A stretch of DNA of 64,000 nt from Octopus vulgaris (lineage: Eukaryota): NCBI GenBank assembly GCA_951406725.2, contig OX597815.1, positions 95,232,001-95,296,000 on the forward strand. The letters are read 5' to 3'. The position numbers and the translations under genes are program-made. The notes below the pieces were generated by a model. The model was not told where the DNA came from and searched no databases. It saw only the letters and a program-made list of their open reading frames with translations. Shown one piece after another: positions 1 to 12,129 of this stretch (its first letter is position 1; each line of letters begins with the position of its first letter).

Positions 1-47
1 TCACATAGACACATACACACATTCACACACACACATACACACACATT

Positions 48-93
<46 letters not shown>

Positions 94-95
94 CG
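1..95. repeat. (CA)n/(TA)n compound microsatellite; one of dozens of (TA)n, (TG)n, (GA)n and (TGTA)n tracts in the window
   Basis: Read directly from the sequence. Confidence 0.95.
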
Positions 96-793
96 CCTTA
101 TATGCATATGTGTGCATAGATTTAATTAAAATCTTCATATTTTGTGCGAATTTTTATATTGATTGCTACAAAAAACCCATATATGTACTTACACTCTAAG
201 TATGCGAATTTCTTAAATGTCTTTTTCTGTGATTAGTTATGATCTTATTACAAAAGAGCAAAAGAAAACAACTATTAGCATCCGTCTTTGAAGCAGTATG
301 GTATTGATATGAGTGCAATATTATTGCAGAGTTATGAATTCTGTCAGTTCGGTATTTAAATTTCGGATACGCAAAATGTCGCTTAGAGTAGTGTGTGTTA
401 GTTCGTATTTTATGATAATTCCATATATTTGTTGTATCTTTTACTTTAAGTTTGTCTTCCAACAAATCTTTCAAAGATTAAATATTTTTCATTGTTTAAT
501 GATTTTGAAAAATCTTGATTTATAATACTTGACGAATGATTTTATATTATTTCACTGGTGTCAATACTTTTACTCTCCGATAGTTGAAATTTGTATTTAA
601 AAATTGAATATAAAACCTATGAACGAGATCGTTTATCATTGATTTCTTGTACTTTCGAATACACAATCCGATTTTGAAATTATCCGCAGATAATATGGAT
701 TATCTACACTTCGACAACAAAAAAATAATACAGTAATACTATTAGCACTGTATTTGTTTCTTATATTATATTTGTACAAAATATCCTATATGT

Positions 794-828
<35 letters not shown>

Positions 829-862
829 CATACATGCATACAAAAATTCAGTCTTTCAAATA

Positions 863-922
<60 letters not shown>

Positions 923-1350
923 AATATATACATGTATGTGCATATTTATATTCATTATATGTATATGTATACGTTTTCGATTCGTATAGATTTATATCTA
1001 CTCCAAGTGAAATGTGTGGTTTGTTTTATTCTTTGTTCATTCCTATTTATAAATATACTCACTTATTAACATCCAAACATAACACAGATCGTTATCGAGA
1101 TAATACTGTATTTAAGAGAATTGATTTACTAATACACGAAACGTGTAAACTAGAATATAATAAACTCTTTGTTTTTAATAATTAAAAAGATGTGTATAAT
1201 CAGATATTTTTGTTAATGCTTTCTCTTATATAACTAATGATAACAGGGTAAATGCTACAAATATATCTCAAGAAATGTGGTCTTTTCGGGTCTCTAGTTA
1301 AATGTAATCCAAGCTTTTCCGTTGTTCAAATTCACTTTAGATCCCCAAAA

Positions 1351-1541
1351 CGCGTCGGTGAAAATGCATCGTGGCATTTCCTCCATCACTTTATGTTCTG
1401 GTTTCAAATCCCACCGAATTAGACTTTGTCCTTCATCCATTGGGGATAGAAAAGTACTAGCTGAGTATTGGGGTTGATATAATCAACTAACCCCTCCCTA
1501 CAAAACAGACTTCAGGCGTCGTGGCTATATTAGAAAAGATT
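1351..1541 (+). mobile_element. Degenerate SINE, family A (same family as 3911-4304 and 12130-12351)
   Basis: ttctggtttcaaatcccaccga..gactttgtccttcatcc..gttgatataatcaactaacccc aligns by eye with the reverse complement of 4100-4300. Confidence 0.7.
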
Positions 1542-2689
1542 TTTGACACCTAATCAATAATTTCAGGTTTCATATTCTTTATTAATTGGATGATTTAAGA
1601 AACGGTAGCATCACGTTTCTGTCTGTCTAGTAATGTCTAGTCTGTATTGTGGTTATATTGAGGCCCCATCGGATTTGTTTATGTCATGCTATTTCTCGCA
1701 ATATGTTTTCATTTTTTTACGTCCAGTAGTTTTCTTCGTGCTTAGTTGCTGAGTCGCTAACTTACACTCAGCAAGATACAAATACATAAAAGCATGGATT
1801 TGCAGTTAATTACATATCTGTATGTCTCTGCAACTCATTCGCTTTTCTGTTGTCCAAACTCCTTTAACCAAACTAACTAACAATCATCCTGAGGGTTGTT
1901 CTGGCCAACACACGCTCCGCTGTATACGCAAAGACTCATTGAAACCTAATCTGACTACGGGAAATTATTTCGAGTGGTCATTCCTTATACCTCTCTCATC
2001 TCTGTCTCTCACTTTCTATCTGATGTCGTTTGAAATTGAACGTTAAAAATTTAAGAGAATTATGTAGAAGAACCATTTGACTGAAAATTTAAGATAAATT
2101 AAATAAGGCCGTTATGTATGACTTCTTTTAATGAACTATTCATAACAAAACTAGTTCATATGACGGAAGAATTCTCCATCTCCGAGGAGAAAGACTTTTG
2201 TTCTTAGAGGTGAAAAAAGAAAAGAAAAAAGGAATGCTAGAACGATAAACAACGAAGCATTATTCTGGCCATGTTCTTTATAAGCGTTTCCTCCCTTAAA
2301 ATACAGAGACCCCGTTCTTGGCCCGGAGCATTTCTGTTGGTTCTAAAGGAATATATTGAGTATTATTCGGTTCTTATTGCTGCAGGTACTGTTATTGGTG
2401 TTTATCATTAAATCTTCCTAATTTGGCGAATATATAATCAAACCTTTCGTTGCATTGTTTTCTGGGCAAATGTTATTCTCAAACAAAAATCTAATGTGTA
2501 TGTTTGTTAATGAGTTTCGGCTGTGATGTCAAGCAGACTTTTGCAGATATCTCTAGCATTGCGAGACTGTCTATTTTAGGTTCGTCTTTAGTATTATGAA
2601 TACAATACGAATAATATGATCAACTTGGTTGATGTCAATATTACAATAGCACATAGCTATATAATTAAGATCTCTATTGCAAAATCATT

Positions 2690-2830
2690 GTTTCAGGCTC
2701 GATTCAGTAGTGTAGAACTTGTGGCAAGTGTCTTATAATTATAGCCCCTATTCGACCAATACATTGTGCAAGGTATTCATAACGTAACTATGAAGGAGCC
2801 ATTTGGTGTGTGTGTGTGTGTAACTGTGTG
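2690..2830 (+). mobile_element. Degenerate 5' part of SINE family B
   Basis: ggctcgattcag..ggcaagtgtctt..tatagccc..cgaccaatacattgtg resembles 57760-57850 and is followed by (TG)n. Confidence 0.55.
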
Positions 2831-3589
2831 TATGCGCTTTGTATGATTGTATGTAGGTGTGTATGTTTGTATGTATACATGTGTATCTGTATTTGTTTTT
2901 AAACGACTGTAAACCTAGGGATGTATGTTGTGTCTCTTTATGTCACGTAACATAACGATAAGACAAATACAGTTCAATATAATAAGTTGAAAACAGGATA
3001 TGTTTCAACATTTTCGGAGTCATATTCTGAGTTTTCAAACGTTTGATGAATAAACGAGTGAAACTCCACGTGAATATGTAAAGTACATCATGGGAATTTT
3101 GGATACCTCTGTATATTTTGGTGAATGGAAATTTCTCGAAATTTACATGATGATAAAGTGAGTGGTTTTGTGTCTGCTCTTCCGGTATTAGCTCAATATT
3201 CTTATTGCAAGTTGTGTGTTAAGGCCGTGTATTTTGTTAGTGTTACTGGTTGTTTTCGTGTTTACTGTTTCTTAAAAGGTCATAATCAGGGTCTACCTGC
3301 TAAGGGCCTCTCTAGTAGAGGATTGTATATTCGCAATACTAGACTCAAAAGTACTTTGGAGTAACTTAGGCCACATACGATTAACTGCAGCTTAACAATA
3401 ATTCAATTAAAGCTTATATGTTTACTATCAAGAGTAGGGATTATATCTTTATTAATCATGATGCCATGACATTTATACGAAGCATAATTCCCATTTTCAT
3501 TGTCTTTCTAAATATTCTGCAAATAATAACAATGACTCCAGTTATACCTCTGAATACGATAATGGATAATGGATTTGGAAAACAAGCGA

Positions 3590-3910
3590 CTCATTTATAC
3601 TAGGGTAATCAACCTCGCCGAAAATTTCCGTATGAAAATAAGGGCGCATCGCCATTGTTTTATGAGGTGATATATTCCCACCCCGACGAAGATCGCGCTC
3701 TATATTTAATACGTCCACAATCAAGTTTCCTTTCTCCATCACGCATGATCTTTGATCACTCATCTCTGCAGCAAATAGACTGAGCCTCGGCCTTACATAT
3801 ACCAGAACACTAGTAAATATTATAAATGTGACGACTGTAACCTTAATAATAGTAACGATAATAACTGTAACACTAACTGTGATACTTATTGTTTCAGCTA
3901 CAATAATACT
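3590..3910 (+). pseudogene. Penelope-like element fragment (RT-to-GIY-YIG linker)
   Basis: A plus frame reads FPPRRRSRSIFNTSTIKFPFSITHDL*SLISAANR, matching the Penelope motif FPxxHxxxxIFNxxTIKxSYSxxxNxxxIISxxN, followed by a T/N/I-rich linker. Confidence 0.6.
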
Positions 3911-4304
3911 CTTTTCTACTCTATGCACAAGGCCCTAAACTTTTAGGGAGGAGGCAGTCGATTAGATCGACCTCAGTACGCAACTGGTATTTAATTCATC
4001 GACCCCGAAATGATGAAAGGCAAAGTCGACCTCGGCGGAATTTGAACTCTACATAAAGACAGATGAAATACCTATTTCTTTACTACCCGCAAGGGGCTAA
4101 ACACAGAGAGGACACACAAGGACAGACAAATGGATTAAGTCGATTATATCGACCACAGTGCGTAACTGGTACTTATGTAATCGATCCCGAAAGGATGAAA
4201 AGCAAAGTCGACCTCGGCGGAATTTGAACTCAGAACATAACGGCAGACGAAATACCGCTAAGCATTTCGCCCAGCGTGGTAACGTTTCTGCCAACACGCC
4301 GCTT
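3911..4304 (-). mobile_element. Dimeric tRNA-derived SINE (family A) with a 16-bp target-site duplication
   Basis: Two copies of the gatgaaaggcaaagtcgacctcggcggaatttgaactc core; B-box-like GAGTTCAAATTCC on the minus strand; CAGCTACAATAATACT at both 3895-3910 and 4308-4323. Confidence 0.9.
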
Positions 4305-4599
4305 TTCCAGCTACAATAATACTAATGCTGATAGTAAATTTTTAAATATTTTGCAATATTTTGGTAACGTATATGCTTTATTTGTCAAGTTACAATAAAA
4401 GCATCATAGCATTCAAAATATAAGGTATCGTGCTGTACCGTCTGAGACCAATTTTCTGCCATTTCTTTGATCCTACATTATTACCGGGTTTTGTCCTCTG
4501 AGGTGAAGAACTCTTACACCGAAGCTTCCACCTTCACTTCATTGATGAAGCGTCGCTAGTGCAGAAAGCTAGCCATGGATCGGAATAAGTATTAATCTG

Positions 4600-4868
4600 A
4601 GTGAGAAATTTTTTTTGCAATCCTAACGTGTATAAATAGTGGTTAAGAAAGGGCCAGCTTCTGAAATCAGTCGCCAAACATGAATGTTTTGAACTCAAAG
4701 TGGTGCTTTACGTTTGGTGGAATTATGAGAGGATAATTCACTACGAGTTCGTTCTGGACGGTCGAACAATCGATACCAATATGTATTCGGAACTGCTGGA
4801 GCAAATGTATGCCATTGTGTGGCAGAATAGCCAGAATTGGTTAATAGAAAGAAAGCTCTTCTGCAGTG
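4600..4868 (+). pseudogene. Mariner transposase catalytic-domain fragment
   Basis: Translates as KVVLYVWWNYERIIHYEFVLDGRTIDTNMYSELLEQM...ELVNRKKALLQ, with stops and frameshifts. Confidence 0.85.
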
Positions 4869-5228
4869 GACTCACCTAACATATAGTTCGGACCTAGGTT
4901 TTGTTATAGCTTGAATAAACTTTTGCAAAACTTTTGACTTGCTCTAATCCACTAAGAGGAATATAATCCTTTATTTCAATTCCACCCTGTCGAACTGGTT
5001 TTTCTGAATTTCTCTTATGTTTGGTTTTATGTAAGTACCTTACTTATTCAGAGTTGTCACTTAACTGAAATGGAAATTTAAAATCCTTCATACTTTGTGC
5101 AGTCTCATGATATTCTTCTTAGTCCTCACACACACACAGAAACACACACACACACACACACACGCACGCGCGCGCGCACATGCATGCACAGACAGAGATA
5201 AACGTGCGCGCACGCACACACAATATAT

Positions 5229-5508
5229 ATATTGGGTTGGCAACTAAGATCCCGCCGATTTTTTAAGTTTTGGAATTTTAGAATCTATTTTTTCCAGAAT
5301 TCTATTTTTGAATCATTTTGGAATCTTTTTTCTTATTTTTTCTAGTTAATTTTAGTTAATTTTTGTTTATTTTCAGATCATTAACATGAATGTCAAGTTA
5401 AGAAAAATGAGCATTTTCGACACCTCGTTCTTTTTGCTTTTAATCAAGGTTCTATGGCCGCAAAAGCTTCTCGCGACATTTGCGCTGTGTATGGAGAGGG
5501 TGCCATAC

Positions 5509-5563
<55 letters not shown>

Positions 5564-5610
5564 GTATATATCTAGTGGCTCATTTACTCGCATGAGGCGT
5601 TTTTATGCTA
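5229..5610 (+). mobile_element. Mariner 5' end: TIR plus N-terminal HTH, broken by a (TA)n tract
   Basis: TA followed by the TIR-like TTGGGTTGGCAACTAAG; frame CQVKKNEHFRHLVLFAFNQGSMAAKASRDICAVYGEGAI. Confidence 0.85.
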
Positions 5611-7841
5611 AATCATGTCCTCAGCAACTTAAACAGCTTCTCTTTTCTATTTTCCTCAAGCCAAGCTTCCCAAATAAACCGAATGACACACATTTGATTA
5701 TCTTTCTCTGCATTCTTTCTCCTTTTTCTTTTTCCCCTTTTCCCGACCCATTTCTCTCTCCCTTCCTCACTTTGTACTGTCATTTCAGGGTATTTCTACT
5801 TTCCTCTATTTAGATCTCCATTAGTAATTATCCATCTCTTTCGCTTTCTTTCTTTTACCGACATCTGTATTTATCATGCATGCTTATCCTGAATTTCTGG
5901 CAGATGACTACTACTTTTGCCATTCATCCTTCTGGATAAAATGTTATGTGATTCACGCCTGAGATACGTGCCAAGCTTCATGCACACTGATAATAGTTTT
6001 GCGTATTCACTTTCTGTAATATTGCCTGGAAACTCATTGGATAAGAGAATGAATTTGTGTGCACTCCCGTATTTGGCTAGATTTTCTTATAGCTGCAAAT
6101 TGTGAGTAACGACCATGGAAACATATACTTGTCAGTTTTCTGATTTTCGACTATTTTATTTTCTTTGATACTTTTATGCTTATCTGTTTGAAAGTGAAAT
6201 ATTCAGAATCGCTTTGATAATTACAGTATGCCATTTTCAAATATCTATATTTGAAGGGATTATATCTATAAATAAGAATAAAAGCTTACTTTTGCATGGA
6301 AGAAGGAGTAAATGAAACACAGAGACATGTGCAGAGAGGCTGAGATAGAGGAAATGACAGAGAGGAACACATAGAGACTCACAAAAACAAATATAGCGAA
6401 TGGAAGAGTGACAGAGCGCTAGAGGGAAAGATACTTCAAGATAAATAGTGATAGACACAAATACAGATAGAGGGGAAAGTGATAGTAAGATAAATAATGC
6501 ATTTAATATTCCATGTAAATAACTTCCCAGTTATGCAAATTATTTCAATATGATATTGTTTGAAAGTATGAAATTCACTTTCAGGCGTAATCTCTATGTT
6601 TTCGAATTTACTTCAAAGGTGTTTGAGGTTTTGCAAATGCTAGTTCCTCATATTCAATAGCATTCAAAAAGTCTATTCTTCTTCCAATTTTTTTATGAAT
6701 TACACATTTCAAAAACATAAAAAAGAAAACGGAAAATATTCATGCATAATTGTTTTTCCAGTTTTTAAATGCATGAATTACTAATTTATCCAATGTTAGA
6801 TGAGATTTGAGATATCAGAAGTGTTATGTATTTTCGTGGTTTCAAATTTGACTGATCGCAAGTAACGAGGATTTTAAGTCTTACTTTATAATTTCACAAA
6901 CGTATTCATACTTACGGCTAGATCTACGGAATTTATGCGTCCTTATAAACATGAGGCACATATATATTGGAGAATTGTCAATAATAGTTTTTAGGACAAA
7001 TAAACTTTATTGCGCATCTTTTTCTATGCACACTTCTTTTTTCCATGCACCAATGAGAAATTCATCATTACTAACTAATCTGCCAGTCCGTAAAACCTAG
7101 ATAACACATTCTATTATATCAACCCACTGTTTCTATAAACTTGATCTCAGATCATAATAGGCCAATTAAAAGATCCTCCTTATACACTTCCACATATATA
7201 TGCGTGTCCACTCAGACATATGTATGAATGAGTGTATGTATAGACATATGTATGCATGTTAGTCCTGGATTTTGCCTTTAAACTGCATCCGATAGTGGCG
7301 TTCTGTTTACTGACTTCCAAGATTTTGAGGAGTGTGACACCACCTCATAGTGACTATTGTCGCCCAGTCTACTCTCATCCCGAGTAGTTGGACCTGCCGG
7401 GCTTTCAGCTACGGGTTAACTAGCATACGTAATAACAATGCATTTGAACGCTGGGATGAATGTGTAAAATTGGTTAGTGTCAGGCCGCTCAGTAAAACCA
7501 CAGAGAGTGATGGATCCCTAACGGCTGTTAAAACATCATTTAAGGAGAGAGACACTGATGTAAAACCTGCCCTTCCACATGATTGTAGGTCATCTCGCTT
7601 CGGCTTGACACTCGCTACTGATCATACAGACACAGAAAGTGGTGCTCATGTTTCACAAGCGTTTATCCCTATAAATAAAATGTCGTACAGCTGTCCTTTT
7701 ATGGTGACATCATATGGCATTCAATCTACTGAAAGTCTTCTGGCAATGGAAGAGTGGCGATGTGTGCAGACCTATCCAGTTGGAAGAGTGCAGTAATTTA
7801 CAACTTTCCTCTATCATCAGCACAACAACGCATGCAGATCT

Positions 7842-7925
7842 GCAGTGGGACGGAATATTCATCTGAGATGAATATTCCGTCCTCACTGCCAATAGCATTT
7901 CTGACTTTTTCTATTGGCAGTGAGG
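7842..7925. repeat. Two overlapping short inverted repeats
   Basis: ggacggaatattcatc pairs with gatgaatattccgtcc; cctcactgccaatag (7881-7895) pairs with ctattggcagtgagg (7911-7925). Confidence 0.9.
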
Positions 7926-7984
7926 AACAACAAAGAATCAGCAATTATGTGTGAAGATAGAGTAATCAGCCTGTGTGTATCTAA

Positions 7985-8304
7985 TGTATGTATGTATGTA
8001 TGTATGTATGTATGTATGTATGTATGTATGTATGTATGTATGTATGTATGTATGTATGTATGTATGTCATTGTTCAATTTTATTTCAAGATTTCTTGCCA
8101 ATAGAGAAAAGCCGGTTTCTAACCTAAATCCAAAGCTCCTTCATTTGAATTTCAACTTCAACAACAGGGTATTTTTTGGTATGTAAGTATGTATATGTGC
8201 AGATTTGCATATTTTGCTTTACGTAGGTATTCTCATGCATATTGTTACATATCTATATGTAACATATATATCAGACATACATATGTATGCATGAATGTGT
8301 ATGA
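7985..8304 (-). mobile_element. 3' UTR and (TACA)n tail of an R4/Dong-like RLE LINE (continues at 11352-11960)
   Basis: 8066-8270 aligns with 51851-52120 (ccggtttctaacctaaatccaa..aacaacaggg..gttacatatcta), the 3' UTR of the RLE LINE at 51.8-55.8 kb; (TGTA)n at 7985-8066. Confidence 0.75.
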
Positions 8305-11300
8305 ATTATTGCCCAAAAATGGAAGATCCCATATATAGAGAGTTGGCTTGCCGAAATGGCACATTGCTTCCCTTTCTTTATCCTTACCGAGACTCACCTG
8401 AACAACACCCATATGGACGCAGAGGTGAAAATAAAAGATTTCACCATTGTTCGTGCGGATCGCACAGACCGAAATAAGGGAGGGACAGTCATCTTTATCC
8501 ATGACTCCTTTTCACTTGATGCCAAGGACACATTTTCCAATGGCTACTGTGAATCGGTATCAGTATACAACAAAGCCAAGGACATAACCATTGTTGGTCT
8601 TTACAGGCCTCCCCAGGCACCTCTAAAGTACTTTGAAGAGTGCCTTAGCAAAGTCAAGTCCTTCCTTCGGAAGTACCACTCCGGAAACATAATAGTGATG
8701 GGTGATTTTAACCTCCCTCATGTGAACTGGCCCACAAATACTCCGAAGTTAGGCAAGTGCTCTACATCAGATAGGGCAGCAGCAGAACTGCTCTTTAATC
8801 TGATGGATGAGTATTTCCTGACTCAGCTAGTGCTTGAACCAACGAGACAGAATAAAACGATCTTGGATCTGGTACTGACCAATCACTCTAGCTACGTTCA
8901 CAGCATTTCAGTCGAAAAAACTCTCCTCTCAGACCACGACATGGTACTCTGCAATCTTAATTCCCGACGTATAAAAACCAAACCAGCCAATCCCACTCCA
9001 TGGCACCCATTTGACAACATAAATTTCCACAAAGCGGACTGGGGAACAATCAGAAAGGATCTGTCTTCCATCGACTGGTCTTTTACTCTCAATTCCCCTC
9101 ATATTGAGACCGCGTGGCAGCACTTTGAAACCATTGTCACCGACACATGCTCTAAACACGCTCCCAAGAAATCTACTAACACAAACAGAAACCGGCTCCC
9201 TAAAAAGAAAAAAATACTCATCAGGCGCATCAAAAGACTCAACAAAAAAATCAACCAATTAAAATATTCCCACACGCAACATCCACATTCAACAACAATG
9301 AAAAGACTAGAGCTGGAAAAACTTCATCTGCAGACTAACATGAAAACCTCCATTGAAAATCAAAGAGCTGTGGAGGAACAATGGGTAATCAAAAACATCA
9401 AACAGAACCCAAAAGTGTTCTATTCTTATGCAAATAAGCATAGAACCACTGTCTCACCTATTGGGCCATTGATTGATGAAAACGGCATTCCCCAACACGA
9501 TGCTAAAGAAATGGCAGAAATACTGCAGAAACAATATTGCTCTGTCTTCAGTGTTCCCACTGATATTGATGTGAGGGAAACGAACGAAGCTGACTCCCAA
9601 CACAAAATCGCAGACATAACCTTCACTGCCACCGACATCGTAGCAGCAATAAATGAGGTCAAACATTACTCCGCTGTAGGCCCTGATAGATTTCCCGCCA
9701 GTCTCCTGAAGGAATGTAGATATCAACTTGCAGTCCCTCTGACCAACCTCTGGAGAAACTCGTTAGACGCAGGTTATATACCGAAAAAGTTTCTATCCCG
9801 GTCGGTCATCCCGGTTTTCAAACAGGGAAACAGATCCCTCGCAGTCAACTATCGCCCAATCTCACTCACCTCCCACATCATTAAAGTGTTTGAAAGAGTG
9901 TTAAGATCAAGGATAGCTGACTTCCTGGAGACCCACAAACTCCTAAATTCAAATCAGCATGGCTTTCGCTGTGGCAGGGACTGTCTAACACAGCTCTTAC
10001 ACCACATTGAAGATGTACTCAAAGCCTTGGGAACAGGTTCGAACTCTGACGTCATATACCTTGACTTCAGTAAAGCGTTCGACAGGGTAGACCATAACAT
10101 CCTACTCTCAAAATTGGCAAATGTTGGAATCCGTGGAAAAGTTCTACACTGGATTCAGTATTTCCTAGCGAATAGAACACAACATGTTGTAGTTGATGGA
10201 GTCCACTCAAACCCAGCAAAAGTCACCAGCGGTGTTCCCCAGGGAACTGTTTTGGGCCCGCTACTCTTCATAATTTATGTAAACGACCTTTCCAGTGTCG
10301 TACATCACTGCAAGGTGAAAATATTCGCTGATGACACTAAGCTCCAGCAAATCGTCAATGAAGAAGCAGACCGAACTCAACTCCAGTCTGACCTATATGC
10401 TGTGAGTCAATGGGCAGACAGAAACAAAATGCAACTGAATGAGGGAAAATTTGAGCTGATGCATTTTGGAAGAAATTCCTCACTAAAACAACCATACTCT
10501 CTTCCTTCAGGGGAACCGCTCACAGCCTCTAACAATATCAGACACCTGGGTGTAATTGTTGATGACGATCTCAGTTGGAGTGCACACATCAACAAGAAGG
10601 TCGATACAGCTCGTAGGATGAGTTCCTGGATCTTAAGAACTTTCCGGTCCGGAGAACAAGGTGTCATCATAACACTTTTTTCATCCTTTGTACGGCCACA
10701 CCTTGAATACTGCTGCCCACTGTGGTCTCCTCACACAAGACAAAACATCTCCAGAATTGAGTGACCCCAGAGGGCTCTCACTAAACAAATTGAAGGCATG
10801 GCTGCTCTCGACTATTGGGATCGCCTTAAAGCCTTGAAACTTTACTCCCTCCAGCGTCGCCGTGAGCGGTACATCATTTGTACGATGTGGAAAATATACC
10901 GCCAACTTTGCCCAAACGACCTAAACATTAGCTTCAAGGTTCATTCGTGACTTGGACCACGGGCTATACGTCCCCTGCCAAATTCAAGATCACAACATAC
11001 ATGTACACTGCAACATAATTTCTTTTCCTCAACAGGCCCTGCCCTATTTAACATTGTCCCGAGGGAGATCAAAGAGGAAAAGGATCCCATCAACTTCAAA
11101 CAGAGTCTGGATAGATTCCTTCAAAGAATACCAGACAAGCCACCCATAATTGGATACAACTCACCCAACAAGAACTCACTACTTGAACAAAACTGGATAC
11201 AACTCACCCAACAAGAACTCACTACTTGAACAAAACTTGACTTAAACAGGATTCGAATAATCCTATCAGGTGGTGCTATTAAGTTAGACATGGCCTGGAC

Positions 11301-11351
11301 CAATCTCTGGTCGAAACATATCTAAGTTTTATCTAAGTTTTCTAAGTTTTA
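8305..11351 (+). mobile_element. 5'-truncated CR1/L2-group non-LTR retrotransposon (ORF2 only)
   Basis: APE+RT ORF, short 3' UTR and a tandem tail (TCTAAGTTT[TA])x3 at 11321-11351; candidate TSD TGTATGA at 8298-8304 and 11352-11358. Confidence 0.95.
8356..10764 (+). CDS. LINE ORF2: apurinic-like endonuclease plus reverse transcriptase, prematurely terminated; the frame continues past two TGA codons to about 11229
   Basis: APE motifs TETHL, YRPP, MGDFN, LDLVL, SDH; RT motifs NYRPISL, QHGFR, YLDFSKAFD, GVPQGTVLGP, FADDTKL, RPHLEYCCPLWSP; downstream LYSLQRRRERY and FKQSLDRFLQRIPD. Confidence 0.93.
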   Translation: MAHCFPFFILTETHLNNTHMDAEVKIKDFTIVRADRTDRNKGGTVIFIHDSFSLDAKDTFSNGYCESVSVYNKAKDITIVGLYRPPQAPLKYFEECLSKVKSFLRKYHSGNIIVMGDFNLPHVNWPTNTPKLGKCSTSDRAAAELLFNLMDEYFLTQLVLEPTRQNKTILDLVLTNHSSYVHSISVEKTLLSDHDMVLCNLNSRRIKTKPANPTPWHPFDNINFHKADWGTIRKDLSSIDWSFTLNSPHIETAWQHFETIVTDTCSKHAPKKSTNTNRNRLPKKKKILIRRIKRLNKKINQLKYSHTQHPHSTTMKRLELEKLHLQTNMKTSIENQRAVEEQWVIKNIKQNPKVFYSYANKHRTTVSPIGPLIDENGIPQHDAKEMAEILQKQYCSVFSVPTDIDVRETNEADSQHKIADITFTATDIVAAINEVKHYSAVGPDRFPASLLKECRYQLAVPLTNLWRNSLDAGYIPKKFLSRSVIPVFKQGNRSLAVNYRPISLTSHIIKVFERVLRSRIADFLETHKLLNSNQHGFRCGRDCLTQLLHHIEDVLKALGTGSNSDVIYLDFSKAFDRVDHNILLSKLANVGIRGKVLHWIQYFLANRTQHVVVDGVHSNPAKVTSGVPQGTVLGPLLFIIYVNDLSSVVHHCKVKIFADDTKLQQIVNEEADRTQLQSDLYAVSQWADRNKMQLNEGKFELMHFGRNSSLKQPYSLPSGEPLTASNNIRHLGVIVDDDLSWSAHINKKVDTARRMSSWILRTFRSGEQGVIITLFSSFVRPHLEYCCPLWSPHTRQNISRIE

Positions 11352-11960
11352 TGTATGATACTTTCTGTAATGTGTTTATTTCAGTTCTTAAAAGAATTCA
11401 AACCGGTTGCTAACAAAGCGATGAGAGTATATATATATTTATCTACAGAATCTCCACAGAGAATTTTGGACTGTCTTACAAATCATCACTGGGCCGATAA
11501 TAGAGAAACTGCGTCAGTTGCTTTTGATTTTCCTAGTATTGCTAGGGTTTTCTGAAAATTTGTAGATACAAAACATAATGTACACCAGATGATAGGTTCA
11601 AATGAAAATTTAGGGTCAATGTGCAAGAGTTATAATTTCCTCATTAATTCGCAATAAATGTTCTCTTTTTCCTAGACTGGACGGCTGACCTCTACAACAG
11701 TGCATGCCTTTTGTTCCGCTCCAAATCGTTGTTTTTATTGGTGTGATCCACCAGTATTACTTGTTTTAAAGGTGTGAATACGTGCTGCTTCTGACATGAT
11801 TTTAATGTGTATTTCAGGCCAATCCTTTCTGAGTAGAGCGTTGTAAATAGTGGTTGCAACTATATCATGTCTCAGGGTATAATATAAATGCATAGTAGAT
11901 ATTTTAGGGTAGCTGCTGCTGATGTGAGTGATATCTCCGAAACTGGTACAGGAGAGCTAC
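11352..11960 (-). pseudogene. Decayed C-terminal CCHC/RLE region of the R4/Dong-like LINE that the CR1/L2 element interrupts
   Basis: Minus frames give DITHISSSYPKIS, YTLRHDIVATTIYNAL, CTVVEVSRP, EKENIYCELMRKL and FSFEPII, homologous to 52250-52700. Confidence 0.75.
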
Positions 11961-12129
11961 CATTCTCTATCATAACGTGGAGGTTTGGAGGAATTGGTTC
12001 TCTTTTGTTTATTAGACATTTAGTAACTATTTTCTGTTTCTGGATAGAGAAGGCGTATACATTTAGGTGGAATGTAATGTATCTATCGCATATCTAGAAG
12101 AGGCTACATTCCTGTCATCTCCCCACTAA

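Noticed and set aside
3542-3928. 128-aa minus-strand ORF with a hydrophobic N-terminus
   Set aside because: It is the antisense shadow of a plus-strand Penelope fragment and its low-complexity linker.
7350-7796. 148-aa ORF
   Set aside because: No recognisable domain; nearby frames show only faint LINE RT-like traces (SSWKSAVI), too weak to call.
10762-10950. In-frame TGAs as selenocysteine or programmed readthrough
   Set aside because: The positions do not correspond to Cys in related ORF2s, no SECIS was identified, and point mutation is the simpler explanation.
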